A DNA stretch of 16,175 nucleotides from Octopus sinensis (taxonomy: Eukaryota), in the NCBI RefSeq assembly GCF_006345805.1, contig NW_021825299.1, positions 1 through 16,175 on the forward strand. Direction: 5' to 3'. This document shows positions 9,520 through 16,175 of the stretch, piece after piece; position 1 is the stretch's first letter, and each line of letters starts with the position of its first letter. The notes beneath the pieces were generated by a model, which did no database searches, was not told the origin of the DNA, and saw only the letters and a program-made list of their open reading frames with translations. Both the position numbers and the translations under genes were made by a program.

Positions 9520-9579
9520 AGCTCACTTCATTGAAATCTCGAAGCTACGAGATTATGCATGATAACTGAAAACAATGTG

Positions 9580-9953
9580 AACAAGAGCACTCAGAGTGCG
9601 CAAACCTCTGCCAAGGCAACACCAACGCCCTCTCAACAATTAGCCGGAGATGATTTATAAAATGAGGATATCTGAAATAAACTCGATTGCTCTCTCAAAC
9701 GAAAATACTAAAAATGAACCCGACCGTTCTCAAAAATTAAGTAAAAAAAAAAAACGGAAAAAATAATCCAGGATCCTTGTCCGGTAACCGATCGATCCCA
9801 AAATTTAATCAGTTCGTGCCAGTCACGAGCCCAAACATCCCTGAAAGTTTCATCCGAATCCATCCAGTGGTTCTCGAGATATCTTGTCCACTGACAAACA
9901 AACAAATATAACTAAAAACAATACCTCTATCTTAGCGAAGGCGGAGGTAATAA
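9580..9953. mobile_element. Non-autonomous DINE-1/Helentron-like (HINE) element
   Basis: Subterminal inverted repeat acctctgcc (9604-9612) vs ggcggaggt (9940-9948), 8/9. 3' hairpin tacctc...gaggta at 9922-9949. Short (ACAA)n near 9895. Class assignment is inferred from architecture. Confidence 0.55.
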
Positions 9954-10323
9954 ATAAGCATTACGTTTGACAGAATAATATGAATGAATGCTAAAGGGTT
10001 GCTCTTACTGAGAATGGCCCTATAGCCATCACACTTCACCATGCTAATATATATTCTGTCATCCCTCCAACATATATAACTATAACAAGAATAATTAACA
10101 TGTTAGGAAGCCTGTCATGCTACCTCATACAAGTGGAGAATCGACGACATTCTGTTATTCTGGTAATCTGGTATTCTGCTAAACTGACATTTTGACATGT
10201 TTTCCTTCATAACTTTAGGAAAGGCTATGACACGTTCGGTAAACCCTATCAAAAGATACTTGTAAATCTATCTTTGTCTTCCGTGGCAGAGCTTTCAAAC
10301 TTCCGGTAAATAAATGTTTTGTC

Positions 10324-10690
10324 ATGAACCAGCGAGGAAACACTTATGTGGTCGATCGACTTGCTAAAAATAGCAGCCTAATCTTTCTCAAAGCCGTATT
10401 GTCTTCAAAAAGCAAAGGACATGTTGGATAATGATGTTTTAGATAAAGCCGTTGAATATGAACCAAGGAAACCTCTTTGTAGTCGATCGACTCGCTGAAA
10501 AGAACAGCCTAATCTCCCTCAAATCACAGTATAATGTTTTTAAAAGCAAAGGACAAGTTGGATAATGCCGTCTTAGATAAAGCCGTGTGAATATAAAGGT
10601 CCTGTTATGAAACAACGCGAGAACTTCTACGTGGTCGTTCGAGATGCTTGAAATAACAGCATAGTCTCCCTCAAAATACATTCTATAGTC
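10324..10690. repeat. Three diverged tandem units of about 130-150 bp, probably SINE 3'-derived
   Basis: atgaac/atgaaa at 10324, 10458 and 10607; gtcgatcgac-like anchor at 10351, 10482 and 10634; shared aaagcaaaggaca..ttggataatg. Confidence 0.75.
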
Positions 10691-10816
10691 TAACAAACGT
10701 TAAGGGATATGTTAAATAAATATCGTGGCTCTAAGTAAAGTCGTGCTGGTCATGGATGGAACATCTTTGTTTTGTTCTTTTGTGGAATTAAAGAACAACA
10801 TCAACAACAATGAATG

Positions 10817-10910
10817 GCACACTGGATAATGTAGTCCTAGATATACAGTGTCTGAATAAAAAGACGAGATTGTTATGGTTGGAACGTCGACGATCATAAA
10901 TCTGTTGCAT
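10817..10910 (+). mobile_element. Interspersed repeat fragment related to the 10324-10690 units
   Basis: cactggataatgtagtcctagata parallels ttggataatgatgttttagata and ttggataatgccgtcttagata in the upstream units. Confidence 0.5.
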
Positions 10911-11019
10911 CGGTACCGTAGTAAGTACTGACTCGAGTCTTCGGACTGATAGGGCCGGTTAACCGGTTGCCATGGATACAAGTGACTAAGGTCACAACAA
11001 CCCCACTGAATGGAACGCC

Positions 11020-11104
11020 AGAAGGATAAACGACGAAGTTGACCTCGTTGGGAATTGAACCTAGAATGCAATGATACAGAATACAAACCGCAAATGCGTT
11101 TCGT
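11020..11104 (-). mobile_element. SINE family A, highly degenerate copy
   Basis: aaggataaa..aagttgacctcg..gaattgaac resembles aaaggatgaaaggcaaagtcgacctcggcggaatttgaac. Confidence 0.55.
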
Positions 11105-11121
11105 CAGATCACCACCTTTAC

Positions 11122-11260
11122 CTGGGACTTTAATGATCGACTCCCGGAATGAAAAGCAACGATGACCTCAGCGGGATTTGAGCTCACAGAGCAAAGAGTC
11201 AGAATACAGAACAAACACCGCAACGCTTTCTTGTTCGATGGTTTAACGATTCTGTCAGTC
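11122..11260 (-). mobile_element. SINE family A, degenerate copy
   Basis: ctgggactttaatgatcgac..gaatgaaaag..gacctcagcgggatttgagctca, ending ttaacgattctgtcagtc (reverse complement of the head). Confidence 0.65.
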
Positions 11261-11289
11261 AAAGGGTCAGTTTTGCCATTTTCTGTGTC

Positions 11290-11426
11290 ACACTGAAAAC
11301 CCCTGAAACCTACATTAAGGGCACGCATGTCTGTGGAATGCTCAGCGACGTACACGTTAATTTCACGAGCAAACTGTTCCGTTGGTCGAATCAACTGGAA
11401 CACGTCGTCGCCGTTACCGACGGAGT
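11290..11426 (+). mobile_element. Probable SINE 3' fragment (fourth family)
   Basis: ctacattaagggcacgcatgtctgtggaatgctcagc...ccgacggagt resembles an octopus repeat end by recollection; single copy in the window. Confidence 0.45.
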
Positions 11427-11460
11427 ACCCAGTACTGAGTACCCAGTACTGAGTACCCAG
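11423..11460. repeat. 14-bp tandem repeat GAGTACCCAGTACT, 2.7 copies
   Basis: Units start at 11423, 11437 and 11451. Confidence 0.9.
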
Positions 11461-11782
11461 GGTGGAGTGAAAATGAAAAAAAAACTGTAGAAATTGAAAA
11501 TGCCTGAGGCCTAAAACCTTGCCATATACTATTTCTAGAAAAATACTAAATATTCGCTTAGATCAGTCAAGGGCATTTACTCCCTCGAATCCCCCTAAAG
11601 TCTGCTATTGTAAAAAAATTCACAGAAGTCCCCCATTTTCGAAGTTTAGGGGGCTTGAGGGAGTAAATGCTCTTGATTGATCTCAGCAAAAATTTTTCAA
11701 TTTTCTAATAATCAAATATAGCAACATTTTAGCTCTCAGGAATTTTCAATTTCTACAATTTTTAAAATTTTCACTCCACCCT
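11459..11782. mobile_element. Foldback MITE with ~140-bp inverted arms and a 45-bp spacer
   Basis: Arms at 11459-11599 and 11645-11782. Exact inverted blocks: 16 bp at the termini, 11486-11501/11742-11757, and 11573-11586/11657-11670. Direct repeat agtacccag at 11452-11460 and 11783-11791. Confidence 0.85.
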
Positions 11783-11805
11783 AGTACCCAGCCCATCCAC
11801 CGCCT

Positions 11806-11920
11806 TTACTTACTCAAGCTTTCCGCTCTTTATAGAACATGGGGGCATCGATGATTTTTCTCCCCTGTTTTCAACTCTGGGATCATCCGAAAGGGAGTCG
11901 CCTTCCTCTCCCAGGTCTCG
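11806..11920 (-). mobile_element. Degenerate 3' end of an RTE-type element with (GTAA)n tail
   Basis: Minus strand reads ..QS*KQGRKIIDA, then after a frameshift CSIKSGKLE*, then gtaagtaa. This resembles the RTE C-terminal WR..I.ALCS motif and tail. Confidence 0.5.
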
Positions 11921-12343
11921 TTTGTTGTACAATTCTACTATATGGCTCAGAAACTTGGACGTTATCAAAGAAGCTTGAGAGGCGGTTGGATGGAACCTAC
12001 ACTCGCCTCCTTATGAGAGCTCAAAATCTCGCGTGGAAGCGTCATCCAACCAAAGTGCAAATATATGGGAAACTACCACCTGTGTCATCTCTTGTGAAAG
12101 GTAGGAGAGTCCAGTTTGCTGGACATTGTTGTAGAGCTGAAAAAGAAGTAATTTCTACTCTTCTGCTCTGGAAGCCATCTACTCGCAGTACCAGAGGGCG
12201 CACACTCTCCTACCCTGATTTAATCTCCAGGGATACAGGCATCCAGCAACAGGACCTCCGTAATGCTATGATGGACCGTGAAGTCTGGCGTAGCATGGTA
12301 AATTCCATTGTCTCGACCACAGTCGAACAATGATGAATGATGA
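11921..12343 (+). mobile_element. 5'-truncated RTE-clade LINE; C-terminal part of the reverse-transcriptase ORF
   Basis: Open frame TILLYGSETWTL..RRLDGTYTRLL..RRVQFAGHCCR..MMDREVWR..* (stop at 12331-12333) with the typical RTE post-RT motifs. tgatgaatgatga tail. Candidate TSD aggtctcg (11913-11920) / aggcctcg (12343-12350). Confidence 0.9.
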
Positions 12344-12560
12344 GGCCTCGCTGGTTTTCAGTTGTCGTCGATACTTCTGTAATTTTTTTTGTAGATTGGG
12401 ATACTGGACCTACGCAAGCCCATTTTTTACCTCTATGAAGAAGTAGTTCATATAAGTCTGCCCCCTCTCCTCGCCTTTCACTTGTCCAACTTGGGAGGCC
12501 CTACTAGGAACTTGCATTCTGCTGGCATAGTTCTCAGGGTCACTGAGGCCCACAAGGCAC
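12344..12560 (-). mobile_element. 5' region of an RTE-type element
   Basis: Minus strand ccttgtgggcctcagtgaccctgagaactatgccagcag..tcctagtagggcctcccaagttggacaagtgaaagg resembles the conserved RTE 5'-UTR motif (recollection). Confidence 0.55.
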
Positions 12561-12596
12561 TATATCGGGTTGGATCTTGTCGTGACCACTACCTTT

Positions 12597-12720
12597 GACT
12601 GGAATTTTAATTATCGGCCCGGGAGGGATAAATGGTAAAGTTGACCTCGGCCGGATTTGAACTTAGGACACAAAGACCCGGGATAAATACCGAAGGTACT
12701 TCGTCTGACTTCTTAATGAC
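12597..12720 (-). mobile_element. SINE family A, degenerate copy
   Basis: gactggaattttaattatcg..gggataaatggtaaagttgacctcggccggatttgaact. Confidence 0.65.
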
Positions 12721-13109
12721 TAATAAATGTCAATCGGTCGTTTGAAACTGCTATCGTAAAAAACAACAACAAATTCTTGAGCCTGGGGTCTTGTAGAGCC
12801 AGCCACCCGATTTGAACGGATGCTGGTCCGTTGCTAGGTTCAAGGCTAGCAATTCTGAAGGGAAGAAACCTCATTATTCAGCGTTAGATTAGTCATTAAG
12901 TAAATTAAACACGTGTTTGGGGCATCAAGAAAAGTGGTGGTGGTAGTGGTGGTGGTGGTGGTTGTAGTGGAGGGAACCCCACAGAAATGGTAAATGGTGT
13001 CACTTTAAACTTGCTAAAGCAATAGAATCGAAGTGGTTTATATGATGGGAAATATAATCTCGAAGTGTTCATGGTGTCATTGTAAGGGTCTGATCAAAGA
13101 CTTTGCAAT

Positions 13110-13185
13110 AAAAATAAGGTAGGTGAAAACTTTTCAAATATAAATTAAGTGGAAGAATACAAAAACAAACATTATTTTCCATATT
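13110..13185. repeat. Old interspersed repeat fragment; uninterrupted paralog of the flanks at 3385-3403 and 3633-3675
   Basis: 13 identical bases up to the TA, then 34/39 identity after it. Confidence 0.75.
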
Positions 13186-13221
13186 ACTAATTGTTTTGCT
13201 TAATTTTTTTTTCTACTTTAA

Positions 13222-13375
13222 GCGCAAACCCCGAAATTTGGGGGAAGGGAGCCAGTCGATTAGATCGCCCCCAGTGCGTAACGGGTACTTATTTAATCGA
13301 CACCGAAAGGATGAAAGGCAAAGTCGACCTCGGCGGAATTTGAACTCAGAACGTAACGGCAGACGAAATACGGCT
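13222..13375 (-). mobile_element. SINE family A copy with alternative tail
   Basis: gaaaggatgaaaggcaaagtcgacctcggcggaatttgaactcagaacgtaacggcagacgaaatac is essentially the exact reverse complement of 2747-2813. Confidence 0.88.
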
Positions 13376-13387
13376 ACGCTGCTACTT

Positions 13388-13522
13388 GACTGGTACTTTA
13401 TTTATCAACCCCCAAAGGGACGAAAGCCAAAGCTGACCTCGACGTGATTGAACTCAGGACTAACATCCATACGGAGTGACGTGGACTAACCATTTTTCCG
13501 ATGTGTTAACGATTCTACTGGT
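13388..13522 (-). mobile_element. SINE family A, older tandem copy
   Basis: actggtactttatttatcaaccccc..gctgacctcg..tgaactcag, and head remnant gtgttaacgattctactg at 13503-13520. Confidence 0.65.
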
Positions 13523-13557
13523 ACGCGGCCTTTTAAAACTGTCATACATGCACATAT

Positions 13558-13880
13558 GAAGGTGCATAGTTCAATGGTTAGAGCATCGGGCTCACAGTCC
13601 ACCAAAGGTCGTGAGTTCGATTCCCGGATCGTGGAGTGTGTTGCGTTCTTAAGCAAGACACTTTATTTCACATTGCTCCAGTTCACTCAGCTGTAGAAAT
13701 GAGTTGCGATGCCACCGGTACCAAGCTGTATCGGCCCCTTTGCCTTTCCCTTGGATAACATCAGTGGCACGAAGAAGGGAGGCTGGTATGCGTGGACGAC
13801 TGCTGGTCTTCCATAAAACAACCTTGCCCGAACTTGTACCTCGGAGGGTAACTTTCCAAGACCGAAAGAGGTCTTTACCT
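13558..13880 (+). mobile_element. tRNA-derived CORE-type SINE family C, near full length
   Basis: A box TAGTTCAATGG at 13567-13577 and B box GTTCGATTC at 13615-13623. Segment cttaagcaagacactttatttcacattgctccagttcactcagctgtagaaatg resembles the MIR/CORE domain. The 3' half matches 9346-9519. Confidence 0.82.
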
Positions 13881-14231
13881 TCTTTTTTTTATATATACGC
13901 ACGCAATAATTCTTTCTGTCAGTCAATGCTTCCATACATACAAAGCAATAATTATATCAAGGCTGTCATATACGCATAATAAATAATCCAGGTCAGATGC
14001 TCATATATCCGTCAGGCATTTCTGATAATGTTGACAAATACGATCCAGTAATCTAAGCGATATTTTAATATAATCAGACCGCCTAATCCTGCGCCATCAT
14101 TGATAAGTCTGTTTATTCACGGTTATTATTTACAATGTCGGCAATCATCTGTAATTCTGATCTCATTTGGTTGTCGTATGCAGAGAAGAGCTTAGCGGGA
14201 TATCGACGACTTAAGCGGGACTTTGTGAAAC

Positions 14232-15075
14232 TCAGTGACATCTGGTGGTGTTAAGTGGACATTTAGTAGGATATTAAGGAGTTAAGTGAGACTTAGTGGA
14301 TTGAGTGGAACATTGTGAGATCGAGTGGAATATTGTGGGTCTGAGTAGAATATTATGGGGTTGACTTGAACATTGTGGAAGTGAGTGGAATTTTCCGAGA
14401 CTGAGTGGAATTTTCCGCGATTGAGTGGAAGGCTGTGTTACCGAGTGGAACATTGTGGGACTGAGTGGAACTCTGTGAGACTGAATGGAACTTTATAGGA
14501 GTGTGTAGTACATTGTGGGAATAAGTGGTACTGAATGGAATTTTGTGGATTGAGTGGAATATTGTGGGTCTGAGTAGAATATTATGGGGGTTGAGTAGAA
14601 CATTGTGGAAGTGAGTGGAACTTTCCGAAACTGAGTGAAATTTTCCGCGATTGAGTGGAAGACTGTGTTACCGAGTGGAACATTTTGGGACTGAGTGGAA
14701 CTCTGTGAGACTGAATGGAACTTTATAGGAGTGAGTAGTACATTGTGGGAATAAGTGGTACTGAATGGAATTTTGTGGATTGAGTGGAATATTGTGGGTC
14801 TGAGTAGAATATTATGGGGGTTGAGTAGAACGTTGTGGAAGTGAGTGGAATTTTCCGAGACTGAGTGGAATTTTCCGCGATTGAGTGGAAGGCTGTGTTA
14901 CCGAGTGGAACATTTTGGGACCGAGTGGAACTCTGTGAGACTGAATGGAACTTTATAGGAGTGAGTAGTACATTGTGGGAATAAGTGGTACTGAGTGGAA
15001 TTTTGTGGGATTGAGTGGAACTTTGTGGAATTAAGAGAGCACATTGCAGATTTAGTGGCACATTTTGGGACTGAC
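14232..15075. repeat. Satellite of 20-bp monomers (consensus approx. YTGAGTGGAAYWTTGTGGGA) with a 229-231-bp higher-order repeat x3
   Basis: HOR copies at 14321-14549, 14550-14779 and 14780-15010; anchor tattgtgggt at 14331, 14560 and 14790; degenerate edges. Confidence 0.95.
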
Positions 15076-15097
15076 ACATCGGGGACCTAATGAAACA

Positions 15098-15327
15098 CAT
15101 AAATACACACACACACTCACAAACACAACACACACACACCACACACCACACACACACACATCTATATATATATATATATATATACACACACAAACACATT
15201 GATAAATTGGATAAATGTTCAGCATAAACATATATATAATTATTATAATATATATATATATATATATATGTATGTATATGATGTATGTATGTACATATGT
15301 ACATATTATATATATTAACTTATTTAT

Positions 15328-15362
<35 letters not shown>

Positions 15363-15850
15363 CAGACACATTTCTCCACAAACCATGCACATCTACACAA
15401 ATCCACACACACACACACACACACACACATACGTACGAACCTTCACTTATCAACATACGCACAGGCGTACTTATATACTTTCACATACACACAAGCACAA
15501 CGCACGTACTAATGCATAAACATACGCAATCGTACACGTAGATAGAAAAAAGCATACAGACACACTCACACACACACTCACACATACACACACAAGTATG
15601 CATTCATTTATATATATATATATACGTTTATGCACTCACACACATCTCCACTCATGCACGCATATTACTGTACATACACGCGCAGATGGCCATATTACAC
15701 ACACACATAAATGCAGATATATACACATGCACATTTACACATACATATATATACACGCAAGCACACACACATAGACACACAGACACAACAACGCACACAA
15801 ATACACACACGCACACACACATCCACATGCACGCACGCACACACACATCT
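15098..15850. repeat. CA/TA compound microsatellite field
   Basis: Direct reading; source of the HTHT/YIYI/CVCV ORFs. Confidence 0.9.
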
Positions 15851-16175
15851 AAAACAAAACAAAAAAGAATACACAAACAAATCCAAAAGATAAAAGATAA
15901 CAAAATTCACTGAAATATATATTTTTTGGTTTTTGTTTTTAAGAATGGTATTTAGACACGGTTACTATAGCAACGATAAGTCGGTATCAATAGAAGAATA
16001 TAAAAGACTAGAAAAAAAAAGTTGAGGGCCGACATCAAACAAAATGTCTTTGCCTGACGATCAACAACAGTCTGTCTATGGAGGAGGCAGACGACATCTT
16101 TGGACTGTAACAATCAACTCCCTCATCACTTCTCTCGCTTCATCTTTCTCTCTCTTTTTCTTTCTTTCTGACGGC

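Noticed and set aside
11839-11920. N-terminal part of the 164-aa ORF (MGASMIFLPC...)
   Set aside because: It is fortuitous read-through from the opposite-strand repeat; RTE similarity starts only at about 11921.
13083-13110. taagggtctgatcaa as a mariner TIR
   Set aside because: No partner inverted repeat was found in the window.
13960-14230. Unique-looking stretch as a possible exon
   Set aside because: Only short frames (e.g. MLIYPSGISDNVDKYDPVI*), no convincing splice pair and no recognisable product.
14723-15304. 193-aa minus-strand ORF with STQS/FHS repeats
   Set aside because: It is a translation of the satellite plus CA/TA microsatellites.
16045-16100. CTGACGA followed by a tctgtc/gcaga stem as a hammerhead
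   Set aside because: There is no GAAA or cleavage triplet downstream.

Overview
AT-rich eukaryotic non-coding DNA (intergenic or intronic), made almost entirely of simple sequence repeats and transposable-element remnants. The SINE families and the very high microsatellite density resemble octopus (coleoid cephalopod) genomic DNA; this is my recollection, not a database result. No host protein-coding gene, rRNA or true tRNA is supported. Nearly all ORFs in the track are microsatellite translation artefacts. The only convincing coding remnant is the 3' end of an RTE-clade LINE reverse-transcriptase ORF (11921-12343). Contents: about nine copies of one tRNA-derived SINE (including a head-to-tail trimer), two other tRNA-SINE families, a Tc1/mariner-pogo-type MITE, a ~320 bp foldback element, a DINE-1/Helentron-like non-autonomous element, 169-bp and 99-bp tandem arrays, and a 20-bp satellite with a 230-bp higher-order repeat. 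The most informative observations are structural: (1) an RTE nested in an apparent bipartite RTE-derived element; (2) a SINE copy with a 5'-inversion (twin-priming-like) junction; (3) a MITE whose empty paralogous site lies in the same window; (4) a degenerate hammerhead-like motif; (5) a dense cluster of palindromes. I found no evidence for a new multi-gene system.
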